Translations under genes and position numbers: made by a program
Shown here: positions 1 through 12,500 of the stretch, piece after piece
How positions within the stretch are numbered: the first letter of the stretch is position 1
Layout of the letters: every line of letters starts with the position of its first letter
The notes under the pieces: generated by a model
Seen by the model: only the letters and a program-made list of their open reading frames with translations
Told to the model about the DNA's origin: nothing
Databases searched by the model: none
From: Chrysochromulina tobinii
Taxonomy: Eukaryota
Direction of reading: 5' to 3'
DNA length: 54,584 bases
NCBI GenBank assembly: GCA_001275005.1
Contig: JWZX01003288.1
Coordinates: 1-54,584, forward strand

Positions 1-140
1 CGTCGCCACCGCCGCCGCCCTCGCCGCCCTCGCCGCCGATGCCGCCGCCCTCGCTGCTGCCCTCTCCGCCGCCGCCCTCGCCGCCGCCCTCGCCGCCGCC
101 GCCGTCGCCGCCGCCCTCGCCGCCGCCGCCCTCGCCGCCA
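1..140 (+). repeat. (TCG-CCG-CCG-CCG)n coding repeat, extensin-like SPPPP
   Basis: Tandem ccctcgccgccgccg-like units are directly visible. Confidence 0.9.
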
Positions 141-2909
141 GCGATGAGCGTCGTCGACTTTGCCCTCCGGCTCGCCGGCGACGTCTCCTCTTTCACCCTG
201 AGCGTGCGGACTGAGATGCAGAGCGCGATCGCGGCCCAGGCGGGCGTCGACCCATCGGCGGTGATGGTGACGGTCACGTCGGGCAGTGTCGTCGTCGGCG
301 TGCGCATCCTCACGCCCACGGCGATGGCGACCTCGGTGCAGTCGGCGGTGGCCAGCGCGATAAGCAGCCCAAGCAGTGCGACCACCATGCTCGCGAGCGT
401 CACCGGCATCTCGATCGCCGTGCTCGCGGTCGTGACCCCACCCATCGTCGCGATCGTCGCACCTCCGCCGCCGCCTTCCTCACCATCGCCCTCGCCGCCC
501 CCCGCAACGACCGCCGGGCGGGCCATCACCATCCTCGCAATCGCCGTGCCCGCGGCGATCATTGGGCTGCTGTGCTGCCTGGCAATGGTCTGCTGGTGGA
601 TGAGGCGCAGACAAGTCAAGCTGCGGCGCAAAAATGTCAACCATTGGCTCCGCAACGTGTCCGTGAGCACGGTCTCCGCAGACGACTTCAATCATCAGGA
701 GCCACCTGCGTGCAGCGTCGTGGTGGCCGCGGCCTCCATCCCCAGCGGCGGTGGCGGCGGTGGCGGTAACAATGGCGGCGTTCACATCGAGATGAGCGAT
801 CGCTTCGACGGGCCTTCCAGTGCCAAGGACCGCATGACGCGGGCGCAGGAGCTCCTCAAGGCGTTTGAGCTCGACACGCGCGAGATCAGGATCCTCGAGA
901 AGCTCGGCGAGGGCGGGCAGGGGGTCGTGGTGCGCGGCTGGTGGCACGGCATGGAGGTCGCCATCAAGCAGCCGCGGGCCCCCAAGGGTTCTAGCCGCGG
1001 CAAGCAGATCTCGCCGGATGCTTCTGGCCCAAGCCCCCCGCACAATTCGTTCAATCAGGCGCTCCGGCGAGAGGTGCGCGCTTTGTCCCGCGTGCGCCAT
1101 CCGAATGTCATCAAGCTGCATGGTGCATGCTTCGAGCCGGTGCCGATGATCCTGATGAGCTACGCCCCGAGCGGCACGCTTCAGGACGCGCTCGACAACC
1201 ACAAGTTCCAGACGCCATTGACCATGGTGCGGGTGCTCGCGGGCATCGCGCGCGGCATGGAGGCGGTGCACGCGCACAAGATCATCCATCTCGACCTGAA
1301 GCCAGAGAATGTGCTCATCGGGCCGCTCGACGTGCCGTGGATCACCGACTTTGGGCTCTCCACCTCTGCCAACATGACCTCCATGTCTCAGTCGACCCTG
1401 GGTGGGCGTGGCACGCTGCCCTTCAAGGCGCCCGAGCTCTTCGTCCATCCGCCGCACGTGGGCCCCGAAGCTGACGTCTACGCCTTTTCCATCCTCGCGT
1501 GGATCGTCGTCTGTGGTGAGCAGCCGTACGCAAAGATGCAGGCGGCTGCGACTTCTTTGCCGCAGGCGGTGGTCCAGGGCGTGCGGCCGACGCTGGCCGA
1601 CCCAAATGAGGAGTGGCGGGACAAGACCATCTCGGCGATGGTGCGGCTGATCGAGGGCTGCTGGCACGCTGAGTATACGCAGCGCCCGACCTTTGGCAGC
1701 GGCAGCGCCGCTCCCCTCGATGGAAGCCGCGAGGCGGGTGGAGAGGGCGACAAGGGGGCGGGGAGTGACGTCGTCGCGATGCTCGAGAAGATGGAGTACT
1801 CACTCTCCAAGGGCTTTGAGCTGGAGGCGTCGCAGCTGGCGCTCGCGACTCGTCTGATCTCGACTGAATCCGAGGCGGAGGCACTGAGCCTCTCCCTCGT
1901 GCAGATTAGCGCGGTACAGGGCGACGCAACGACGACGGCGGCGGAGCAGTCAGACCTGGCGGAGGAGAAGGCAGCCTTGGAGACGTCGCAGGGCCTGCTG
2001 CGCCAGCACGCTTTTTCGGTGCTCTCGCAGATGCCCGGCGGTACCGGCGGCGAGCTCGCGAGCGCGCTGAGTGCGATGCTGCAGCAGCAGTCGGACATGT
2101 TCCGACAGGCGATGCAGGAGCTCAGTGAGCTCAAGGTGGAGACCGAATCCAATAAGCGTAGCCTCATCCGTCTCGCCGAGGGCGAGCTCGACTGCCCCCG
2201 CCTCTTTGTGCTCCTGCCGATGGAGGCTTCGAGTTCGAAGCTCATGCAGCTCGTCAAGAGGGAGTTTCTGAAGGACAAGTACCGCCTCGTCTTCCTCGAC
2301 CCGGTGACCGGCTGCGCGGTGCGCTGCGGCCCCGACGGCAACGGCTACAAGCTGGAAATGCCCAAGAAGTGGCTGGTCGAGAACCGCAAGATCATCTCGG
2401 CCGGCCTTCGGATCGTCAAGATGGCTGCCGCAGCAGGCTGCGTTGCGGGGCTGCCGCTGGAGTCGGTCAAGGGACTGCCGTCTCAGGCGGTGTCGAAGGC
2501 GGAGGTCGAGGCGGTCAAGATGTTTGAGAGGGTGTATTCGGGCAGCGTTCTGACCATCGGCGAGAGCGCCCTCGGAGACGATGCAAGCAGCACGTCGTCC
2601 GCGGCCTCGCCGTCCACGGCCAAGGCGGTCAAGGCGGCGACGGGCCGGGCGTACAAGCAGCTGCGCAAGATGCTCAAGGACCAGTGCGAGGACGAGTATC
2701 TCGTGCACTGCGAGATGACCAAGGAGAAGGCGAACGACGGCTCGATCGAGTTTGTGAGCGCCGGGAGCAAGGACCGCTTCCTCCACTTTGGCCAGCAGTG
2801 CCTGATCTGGAACGACGAGACGCTGAAGCAAAAGGCGGCGGCCAAGGCGGCAGTGCTCAGCCGGTTGGAGCATCATGGTGACCAAGTGATGCTTGGAGCA
2901 TCATGGTGA
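3..2909 (+). CDS. Receptor-like Ser/Thr kinase (TKL-like, non-RD): Ser-Pro ectodomain repeats, TM helix, kinase, coiled coil, C-terminal helical domain; 5' end probably outside the window
   Basis: The frame is open from base 3 (SPPPPPSPPSPP before the ATG at 39). It contains SPPPP repeats, a hydrophobic helix ITILAIAVPAAIIGLLCCLAMVCWW followed by RRRQVK, and kinase motifs LGEGGQGVV, VAIK, HPNVIKL, IIHLDLKPENVL, DFG, GTLPFKAPE, DVYAF, CW...RPTF. Confidence 0.9.
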   Translation, partial: SPPPPPSPPSPPMPPPSLLPSPPPPSPPPSPPPPSPPPSPPPPSPPAMSVVDFALRLAGDVSSFTLSVRTEMQSAIAAQAGVDPSAVMVTVTSGSVVVGVRILTPTAMATSVQSAVASAISSPSSATTMLASVTGISIAVLAVVTPPIVAIVAPPPPPSSPSPSPPPATTAGRAITILAIAVPAAIIGLLCCLAMVCWWMRRRQVKLRRKNVNHWLRNVSVSTVSADDFNHQEPPACSVVVAAASIPSGGGGGGGNNGGVHIEMSDRFDGPSSAKDRMTRAQELLKAFELDTREIRILEKLGEGGQGVVVRGWWHGMEVAIKQPRAPKGSSRGKQISPDASGPSPPHNSFNQALRREVRALSRVRHPNVIKLHGACFEPVPMILMSYAPSGTLQDALDNHKFQTPLTMVRVLAGIARGMEAVHAHKIIHLDLKPENVLIGPLDVPWITDFGLSTSANMTSMSQSTLGGRGTLPFKAPELFVHPPHVGPEADVYAFSILAWIVVCGEQPYAKMQAAATSLPQAVVQGVRPTLADPNEEWRDKTISAMVRLIEGCWHAEYTQRPTFGSGSAAPLDGSREAGGEGDKGAGSDVVAMLEKMEYSLSKGFELEASQLALATRLISTESEAEALSLSLVQISAVQGDATTTAAEQSDLAEEKAALETSQGLLRQHAFSVLSQMPGGTGGELASALSAMLQQQSDMFRQAMQELSELKVETESNKRSLIRLAEGELDCPRLFVLLPMEASSSKLMQLVKREFLKDKYRLVFLDPVTGCAVRCGPDGNGYKLEMPKKWLVENRKIISAGLRIVKMAAAAGCVAGLPLESVKGLPSQAVSKAEVEAVKMFERVYSGSVLTIGESALGDDASSTSSAASPSTAKAVKAATGRAYKQLRKMLKDQCEDEYLVHCEMTKEKANDGSIEFVSAGSKDRFLHFGQQCLIWNDETLKQKAAAKAAVLSRLEHHGDQVMLGASW

Positions 2910-2916
2910 CCAAGTG
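2865..2916 (+). repeat. 24-bp direct repeat (ttggagcatcatggtgaccaagtg) at the kinase stop codon
   Basis: Identical copies at 2865-2888 and 2893-2916. The TGA stop (2907-2909) lies in the second copy. Confidence 0.9.
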
Positions 2917-3514
2917 TGAACGTGGATGGTCGTGACATTCATCATTATGTGACATACAGGGGTTGGCGCGATTCGCAAGGACGGGGGATTCTGCAGCAGC
3001 AGCTATGCTCTGGCGTCTGAGTACGTGGCACGAAAACTCGGGGATTGATCAAGTTTGAACGTGGATCCTAGTGGATTCTGGTCGTGGCATTGTGCGGCAT
3101 GTGCGTGAGCTCCGAGCGTTCTTTCACCTCTCAGCTGCGTGTGAAGGCAGCAGGGATAGGGCCTATGGGTTCTCTCGGGATGAATCATGGCGCGATGTGG
3201 GAATAAGCGGGGCCGGGAGCAGCGGGTCTTCTCTGTGCATCACGAGATAGGGATGAAGAATGATGATTGGGGCCGGGCGGAGGAGCGTGCGGGCCGTTGT
3301 AACTTAGTTTACATTCATGCATCGCATGCTCACGCATCACGGAGGTGCGCCGTGCTGAACCGTCCGCTCTCGACTTTGGGGCCTCGGCTCTAAGAGCATC
3401 TGTTATTTTTGTTCACGAATAAGTGAGTAAAAAATACACTGTCGCTCACCACACGAAGCACGTGCCCGGTATTGTCGACCAAGATCTTCCCTTTTTGATC
3501 GAGTAGCTCTCTGT

Positions 3515-6500
3515 TCAGCGCGCCGCCGCGGTGCCGGGCGGCGGGCCGTGCCACCGTGCCTCGTCGGCCGACTCGTGCTGGTAGACGAACTCGAGCAGCT
3601 CGGGGGTGAACTGCAGCCCGTTGAGGGTCAAAGCTACGGGCACAGCCCCCGTTGTCGCTGCCGAGCCGGCCTCGATGAGCAGGTCATCGATGTGGTGGTG
3701 GTCGCTGCGAGCGCCGCTGCGCGCGCCGAGGGCGAAGCGCCAGCCAGCGCGGGGTGCCCAGCCCGGCACGGGCAGAGCTTGCGCGAACGCGAAGCCCGCT
3801 AGCCCGACCGTCAGCCCGGTGCTGTTGTACTCAATGAGCACGTCCGCAAACTGTGCGCCCGTGCGCAGCGTGCCGTTCACGCCGGGCGGCGCCCGCACGT
3901 GCACGAGCAGCCCGCCGTACCACACCTCGATGCGCTCCGTCTCGTACGTGCGGAAGCACACGCGCAGCCCCCGCCCCGCGCCGAGCTCGCCAATGTTGCC
4001 CGCTGGCAGATCGCCATATGAAAAGCTCACCCCGTCCGCGCCGCCTCCACCGCCCATGCGCAGCTTGAAGGTCGCGCGAAAGTAGCGGGGTGCAAACGCG
4101 GGCTGCGGCAGCGCGAGCACGATCGCGCCCGCCATGTCGAGGGTGAAGAGAGGCAGCCCCGTCTCCGTATCGACGCCGCCGCCGGTGCCCGAAGCGGACG
4201 CATCGATCAGCCGAAGGTAACCGTTCACCACGCGCGCCTCGCCTCGCAACTCCGCTTCGAAGGAGAGGAGCTGCGGCGCCCAGGGTTCGTTAAAAGCCAG
4301 ATGCACCCTGCTCCAGGCGCCCGCGAGGGCGGCGGCCGGCGCGATGCACGTGACGGCGCTTGCGTCGTCCGGGTGGAGCGTCGCGTTGAGCATCGCGTTG
4401 CCGAAGCGGCAGCGCGTCGAGCCCGTTGTTCCATCACTCTCGGTCCGCCGAAGGGCTCCACCGCGGAAGGTGACCGTCGTGCCGTTGCTGAAGCCGGAGC
4501 GCGGCTCGATCGAGGCGAGATACGGCGGCGCGTAGTACTCAAACGTGGGCGACGAGGCGGCGGAGACGTCAAAGTGGTCGACGTTGAGCGCGACGAGCAG
4601 CGGTCGAGTGGCCGGCGTGAGCCCGGGCGACGCGGGCGTCGTGCACAGCAGCGCGCCACTGGTGGGGTCGAACGAGGCCGGCACGGGTGACCCGTCCACG
4701 CCGACGCGGCAGCGGCGATGGCCGCTGGTGCCAGCGTAGAGATGCGTGCCGAAGACGCGCAGCAGCGTGCCGCCCAGCGCCGGCCCGCCCGTCGGAGTGA
4801 GGAGCTCGATCTCGGGCTGCGCGTAGTATTCAAAGGGGATGGTCGCGTTCGTCACGTACTCCTGTCCGTTGCTCGACACCTGAAGCTCGAGTGGGGCGGC
4901 CGGGTACTGGAGCGCGGGCGCGGCCGGCGTAACGCATCGGAGCGTGCCTCCTCGCTCGTCAAAGGTGCCTAAGACGACGCGCCACCCGAGGGCGTCCGAG
5001 CCGAAGCGGCACTTGTACTCCTGCCGTGCGCCCCCATCAAAGTTGCCCCCTCGAAGCGTGAGACGCGTGCCACCAGCGGCCGGCCCCTGCGTGGGCAGCA
5101 CGCTCGAGATGCGCAGGCTCGCTTGGTACGCAAACGTCGCGTGGCTCACAAACTGCTGGCCGTTGAGCGCGAGGCTCAGCGGCACGCGTGCCGTTTGGAG
5201 GAGCACGTCGGACAGGATCACGAGGTTATCGACCCACTGCGCATTCTCGGGCGAGCCACACGCGATGGAGCAACGGCCGCCCAGCCCTAGCCGCCAGCCC
5301 ACGCGCGGCGCCCAACCGTCGAGCTGCACGCTCAGCGTGACCACGCCAGCGCCCAGGCTCACCTGCACAAGCCCCTCTTCATCCACTTGCACCGTGCAGT
5401 TGAGGAAGGCGTTGGCGCGCAACGCACGATCCATGCGCTTGGCGGCGACGACGGCGCCCCGGTGTGCAATCTGGAGCAAGTCGACCTCGTGCTCCATGTG
5501 GTGCGGGCGTGGCTCATTCGGCTCGACGCTGCCCGTGCGGATCCAAATTTCGAGTCCCGCGCCGACTCCGCCGCGCTGCCGCTGCTCGTCGTCGGGGTAC
5601 TGTCCTTCGCCCACGGCGTCGTGCATGGCGGTGCCCGTCTCGATCAGGTACGTGTCACTCGGCATCGGGCCGTACACGAGACCCACGCCGTTCCCGCCGC
5701 GCCCCGTGCCCAGGATGAGCTCGAAGGCCACGGTGAGGGTCGTCCCGCCAATGTTGGGCACGTCCAGCATCAGTGTGCCGATACCTACCTCGGGTGTGAG
5801 CTGAAGGACCCCTAGGTGGAGGCGCGCCCGCCCCAGGAGGCGTGCTCCCTCAGGCAAGTCGCCAAACTGGATGAGCCGATGGGGCAGCGCGCCCGCGTCC
5901 ACGCTCGAGGGAGCGACGCAGCGCACGTGCTCGCTGCTCCTGTCGAGCCGGCTAGCTGGGACGATGGCGACCCCAAAGCGGCAACGCATCGAGTCGGCGG
6001 ACGTCAGGTTGGGCGTGTTCGTGTCCAGAGCGGCGTTGCTCAGGCTCAGATTGACCGAGGTGCCTCCGAGGAAACTTCCAGAGGTGGGCGAGAGGCGCGT
6101 GATGTTATGCGGCCGGAAGGTGCGCAAGGTGCTCGCGTTGCTCATCTGCTGCCCGTTGAGCGAGACGGCTAGGCGGACGGATGCCGCCACGTCGGGCGCG
6201 TCGAGCGGCTCGCCAATCCGATTGAGCTCCGCGGGGGAGATACACAGGAGGCTGCCCGAGGCCAGCCGCGTCGCGTTGAGCACCATTCGCAGGCCGTCGC
6301 CATCGGCCGCACCGCCGCCGCCGGCGCCATCGCTCACGGCGGCGGAGTAGGAGCAGCGCAGATGGGTTCCGCCACGACCGAGGCCGCGGCCCGCAATGGT
6401 GATCGAGGTGCCGCCGGTCGTCGCCGGCCCGCTCGCTGGCGAGAGCGACGAGATGATCGGAGGGTCGTACACTTGGAACGCGTCGGCGGCCGGTGCACTG

Positions 6501-9500
6501 TACTGCTGCCCGTTGAGCGCGACGCGCAGCGGGTACATGCGCGGCGTGACGAGGCGGATGGTGGCCGGCGAGATGCACACGAGATTGGACGCGCTCTCGC
6601 CGCCGACGCCCGCGCGTGAGGCGGGCACCGTCGCATCCCCAAAGGCGCAGCGCACGTCCGTCAGGGCGCCTTGGCTTCCCCACAGCCCGAAGCCATGGAT
6701 GGTGACGCGCGCGCCGCCGTCGTTGGGACCGCTGCTCGGGCTGACGGACGAGATGGCGATCGGGCTGTGGAACGTAAAGGGGCGCGCGTCCGAGGTGAAC
6801 TGCTGCGCATTGAGCGAGTACTCCAAGCTCGGCTGCGGGTAGCCCGGCGGTGCGAAGTAGCTGCTCTCCTCGAAGAAGGATCGGCGAGCCATCTCGCCCT
6901 CGTAGTACGTGGCATTCTGGGGCAGCGCCGGTGCTCGGCAGAGGACGATCGAGGCTCCCACGCCCGTGGCGGCGCTGCCGTTGACGTCGATGGCGCCGGC
7001 CTGGGCCGCTCCAAAGCGGAAGCGACACGTGTGGGTCGCGCTCAGCTCCACGGGCCCACCGAGCGAGAGGGCGACTAGCGTGCCGCCGGCCGCCGGTCCG
7101 GAAGCGGGTGAGATTTGAAAGACCGTCGGCGCCGCCAGCACCGAAAAGGTCAGCGCGGGCGACGCGGGTGTGTCGTCGGAGGTGTACTGCTGTCCGTTGA
7201 GCGAGATGCTGAGTGCTTCGAGCGCGGCCATCGCCAAAGGGGCCGCGGACGAGTTGCACGTCACGACGTCGCCGACGAGCGCCGCAGGCTCCTCCCGGAA
7301 CGAGCCGTCGTTCCGTGTGAAGCGGCAGCGGTAGTCGGAGCCGCCGTGCAGCAGCGCGCCTGCGACCGTGAGCGCCGTGCCGCCGGCCGTCGGACCGATG
7401 GTCGGAACAACGCTGCTCGCAACGGCTGGCGCGAAGTATGTGAAGCCCGCTCGTCCCACAAACTGCTGGCCGTTGAGGGTGAGCTGAGCAGTCACGTTCT
7501 GAGGCCCGATGGCCGCGCCGTTCGTCGCATGGAAGTTTTTGATGTCGTGGCGCTCCTCGGCCTGGGTGGGATTCGGTCCCGTGCGCGCACCGAAGCCAAA
7601 GCGCCACGTGGGCGTGACCGCCATTGCCGACACGTCAATCGGCACGTCATCGAGCAGGTGCGTGCCGTCGATCTCAAAGCGCAGCCCGCCGAGGGCGCGG
7701 CTATGCGTGATCCGTGCGGTGCGCCAGTAGCGATGGCGGAGCATCGACTGGCCGGGCGCCGTGTGCACGATCTGCCCCCCCAACATGACCCGCACCTCAT
7801 CGGTGAGGGTGCCCATGAGGACGCACAGCCCGAGGGATGCGCCGTCCTCGCCCCACGCACGATCTGGGAGCTCGCCGTAGCAGAAGCTCAGGCCGTGAGC
7901 CCCCGCCGTCCCCCACAGGCGCATCTCAAACGAGACCGCGAACCAGGGCGAGCCTGCAAACGGTGCGGGCAGCACCGGCAAGATGCAGGCGCCAGGGCCG
8001 ACAAAAGCGCTCTGGGTGAGGCGCACGTACACATGCGGCTCGGCGAAGCCGGCGGGCCGGAAGGTGGCCTCGCCCAGCAGCCGCACGCCCGAGCTAGAGG
8101 AGCGTGTCGCCGGCGCCAAGATGGCCGTATCAACGTCCCGATGGGCCGACTCGCTGAAGTCGATGTCGAGCGTCGTCGAGGCGCCCGACTGCGCGGCCGT
8201 GGGCGCGAGGCACGTGATCTGCGAGGTGCTGTCAAAGGAGGCGGGCACCTCGTGCGAGCCAAACCGGCAGCGCAATTCGCCATTTGAGGAGGTGTCCAAC
8301 AGGGCGGCGCCCGTGAAGCGAACGGTGGTGTGGCCGAGCCCGGGCCCCGAAGTGGGCGAGATGGCATCGAGCTGCGGGGGCGCCGAGACGTGCAAGCTGG
8401 CGACCAGGGAAGTTGCCGCGTTCTGGCCGTTCGGGCGCACGCTGACCATCAGGGTACCTGCCTCCAAGGCCTCGGTCGGCTCACACGAGACTGTGCCGTT
8501 GGTCGGGTCGAACGTAGCCGGCAGCAGCACGCGCCCCGCACCGAGGTCGCACAGGTAGTCGGAGCCGCCCGCCAGATTGGCTCCGGAGACGATGATTCTT
8601 GTGCCGCCGCTCGTTGGCCCTCCGATGGGCGTCGCCGTCGAGACGATCGGATCCAAATAGAAGTCAAACCCCTGCGCGTGCGCCGTGTACTGCTGCGCGT
8701 TGAGCGACACCGCCACCTGTCGCGCGCCGCCCGAGTCCGACGAGACGTTTGCCGGAGGGCTCGTGCACACGAGGACGCTGCCGACGACGGACGCGGCGAC
8801 GCTCACCGTAGCCTGGCCGGGCGCCGCGAAGCGACAGCGTCGGTCCGAGCCGGCGCGCAGGCCGCACGAGGTGCCAAGTACCTCCGAGCAGTCTGAGCAG
8901 TCGGTGCCCGCGGAGCAGATCCAGGGTTCGTCACACGCGCCATCGTGGGCGTACAACGGGCACGAGTCGTCGAGCACACCCGCCACGGGCGTCACCGTCA
9001 CATTGGTGCCACCGAGCTCCGGTCCAGACTCGGGGCCGAGTGTGAAGAGCGGAGGGGCTGCGTACAGCTCAAAGGGCGTTCCGATGGGGGCGTACTGCTG
9101 CGCATTGGGCGCGACGCGCAGCAAGACCCCCCGCGCGGCCGGCGCGGCCGGGGAGGACGCAAGTGACAGCCTCGGCGACCTCGTCATACGTAGCGAGCAC
9201 GACGAGGTGCAGCGGGTAGTCGCCAAAGCGGCACGTGTAGTTGTCCCCCCGGCCCAGATGCGCGCCACGAATGGTGACGAGCGCGCCTCCCGCTATGGGC
9301 CCCGAGGCAGGGCTTGCCGATGAGTGCTCGGGCGAGCCGTAGACGATGAAGGGCAGCGGCGCGAGGTAGTCCTGCCGATTGAGCGCCACCGAGAAGTTGT
9401 ACGTGCCGCTGGCTGCGCTCTCAACGGCCGGCGAGTCGCACGTCAGCAGATCGTCGCTTGCTCGGTACGATGCGTTGACCACGTGGCTCAGACCGCCCGT

Positions 9501-12500
9501 GAGCCACACAAAGCGGCACGTGTAGTCATCGCCCCCGCGCAAGCTGCTAGCATTCACGCGCACGCGCGTGCCGCCCCGCACCGGGCCGGAGCGCGGCACC
9601 GCGTGCTCGAGGGGGCCGGCCGACGTGTAGTTGAACATCGCGTCCCCCACGCTGAACTGCTGTCGATTGAGCGAGACATACAGCGGCAGTGTTGTGCCGA
9701 GAGCGGCGGGATTGCGAGGCGCCTGGCACGTGATCGTTCCCTCCGAGGGGGCGGCTGTACCAGGCGAGAGGAGCTCGCCGAAGCGGCACACGACGTTGCA
9801 ACGTGCGCCCGACGCCAGGTTGCTCCCTGAGATGACCACGACGGTGCCGCCGCTCGTCGGCCCGCTACTCGGGCTCGACGTGCTCACGACGGGGGGCGCG
9901 TAATAGTCAAAGGTAGCGGGCGGGCTGTACTGCTGCGCATTCGGCGAGATTCGCAGGCTCGATGCGCCGATGGGCGCGTGCGGTGTAGAGCATAGGACCG
10001 AACCCAAGCTGCCAGGGCTCCGTGAGGCGTTCACGATGCGCGCCGTGGCGAGCGCTCCCCCCAACGGCATCAGCTGGCAGGTGCGATCCGAACCCCCCTC
10101 GAGCGCCGTGCCGGTCACGTTCACCAGGGTCAGCCCATCGGTCGGTCCGCAGCTTGGGCTGATCGAGCTGATCGCGCCCACGCCAACCGTCTCGTACAGC
10201 AGCCCCGTGCGCGTGTACTGCTGCCCATTGAGACTCACCTCGAGCGCGCCGAGCGCTGTCGTGGGAGAGTACGGCGAGAGGCACACGAGCCCGTCCGTGC
10301 CGAGCCTTGAGGCGTTGACAATTAGGCCTCCGTCGGAGCCGGTGCATGCAGGTGACGGCACGGGCCGCGCCCCCGTCGCAAAGTCGGTGCACGGCGGCAG
10401 TGCGGGAGTTGCACTCTGTGGGAAGCGACAAAAGGGTGCGTGGCCGTAACCGAGGTACGCACCGCGCACCGCGACGCGCGTCGCGCCGCTTAGAGGGCCC
10501 GAAGTGGGCGACACACTCGAAACTTCTGGCGGAGGTGCGTATGTAAAGAGGGCGCGCGCACGCGAGTACTGCTGCCCGTTGTTGGCGACGGCGACGACGA
10601 CGGGCGCTTCTTCCACGAAGGCGGCCGAGGTGATCGAGACACTGTCGATCAGATGCATCTCTGGTACGCGCCCGCAGTCCGCGCCGAAGCCAAAGCGCCA
10701 CGTGGGCGTGGGTGCGTACGCAGGAGCGAGGTCCGCCTCCGCCATCATCAGGGTCGCAACGGTCCCATTCGTGCCCATCTCGATGGTGGCTCGCGCGCCG
10801 TGGCGGGCGGTGCGCTCGACGGTCACGGCCGCAAAAGAACCCGAGCGCATGACGAACCCGAGCGGCCGACTCACACGCGCCGCTACAGCGCTCGATGTAT
10901 TCGACACGAGCTCGAGCACAAAGGTTGGCTCGGTGAGCACACGCAGGCAAAGCCCCTCGGGCACTCCCTCGGCCCCGAAAGAGGCATTGAGCGGCAGCTC
11001 ACCGTAGCAGAAGCTGACACCCGATGAGCCGAGATCCGTCCCCAGATGGACATGGAAGCGCGCCCGAAAGTAGCGTGCCGCGCGGGTTGTGGGCTCGATC
11101 GCTAGGCTACCCACCTGCTGCGGCTGCCCGCTCGTGAGCACCACGCTGCCACCTCTGATCTCCGAGCTCCCCGTCAGCACCGCTCGCGGCGGCAGCCGTT
11201 GGTCATCGAAGTCCGCACGCCACTCGGCCTCTAAACCGGCCGTGTCGCCGCCCGGCGCCACGCAGCGCACCATGCTGGCCGAGACGAATGTGCCGGGCAC
11301 CGTGGCATTGGCAAATTGTCCTCTGGACACGTCGACGATCGGCCCTCCGAAACGACAAGCGAGCAGCGAGCGGTTGGCAAAGCCGGTGCCTGCCACGTCG
11401 ACGATCGCGCCGCCCGCGAACACGCCGGAGCTCGGTTCGATCGAATCGACCTGCGGCGCCTCGAGGAACTCAAAATCAAGCGAGGGGCCGTACTGCTGCC
11501 CATTGAGCGAGACGCGCAAGTCAACGCGGCTCGCGCTCGCCTCGGATGGCGCGTGGCAGTGCAGCTCGCCGTCGGAGACGAGCGTCGCTGGCTGCGATGC
11601 GTTGCCAAAGCGGCAGCGGTAGTCGGTGCCGTTGGCGAAGCTGCCGCCGGTTGAGGTGCCGTTGAGGTCGAACGCGCCCGTGCGCACGCGAACCAGAGTG
11701 CCAACGCCCAAGGAGAGTGCATCACCATGGTTGGGCATCGCTTCGTGCAGCGGTGCCGTGCTGTAAAATGTAAAGGGCACCGAGAAGCTCGCCTGCTGGC
11801 CGTTGAGAGCGAGCCGCAGCTCCGTGGCCTCGGCCGTCACGCCCGGTGGCGCCTCGCATCGAAGCTGCGAGAGCCCGAGAATGCCGCTCTCCATCGCCTC
11901 GTTTGTCAGCGTCGCCTCCGAACGGCCGCTTCCAAGCCAACACTGCGCATGCGAGCCAGCGGCTAGCCCGCGCCCGTTGAGAACGAGCGTGGTGGCTCCG
12001 CTGAGCGGACCACTCGAAGGGCTTAAGCTGCTCACGATGGGATCCTCGTAGATCTGAAACGGGGCCACCACCTCAAAATGCAGCGCGTTGGGCGCGAGCT
12101 GGAGCGTCGCGTTGAGCGCCCCCTCCTGGGACGCGGCGGGTGGCGAGTAGCAGCTCACACTGCCCCCGTTGGTAGGGTCGTACGTTCCCGGCGTGACGCG
12201 GTAATAGGGCGCGGCCTCGTGCGCAAAGATGACCGTGCGCGTATCGTTGCTCAGAGCATCGTCGGCAAAGCGGCAGCGGTAGTCATCACCGCCCGCTAGA
12301 GACTGCGCCGCACCGGCCGGCAGGCTGATGCGGACCAATGTACCGCCTCGCACGGGGCCCGAGACGGGAGAGGCAATCGCCACGCTGATGGCCTCGGCCC
12401 ATGCGAGCCGAGCGTAGGTCGCCTCAGCGCCGTGGTACTGCTGCCCGTTGAGCGAGACGCCCACGGGCAGCGCTGCGGCGGGCTGGCCCGCGGGCGCCAC

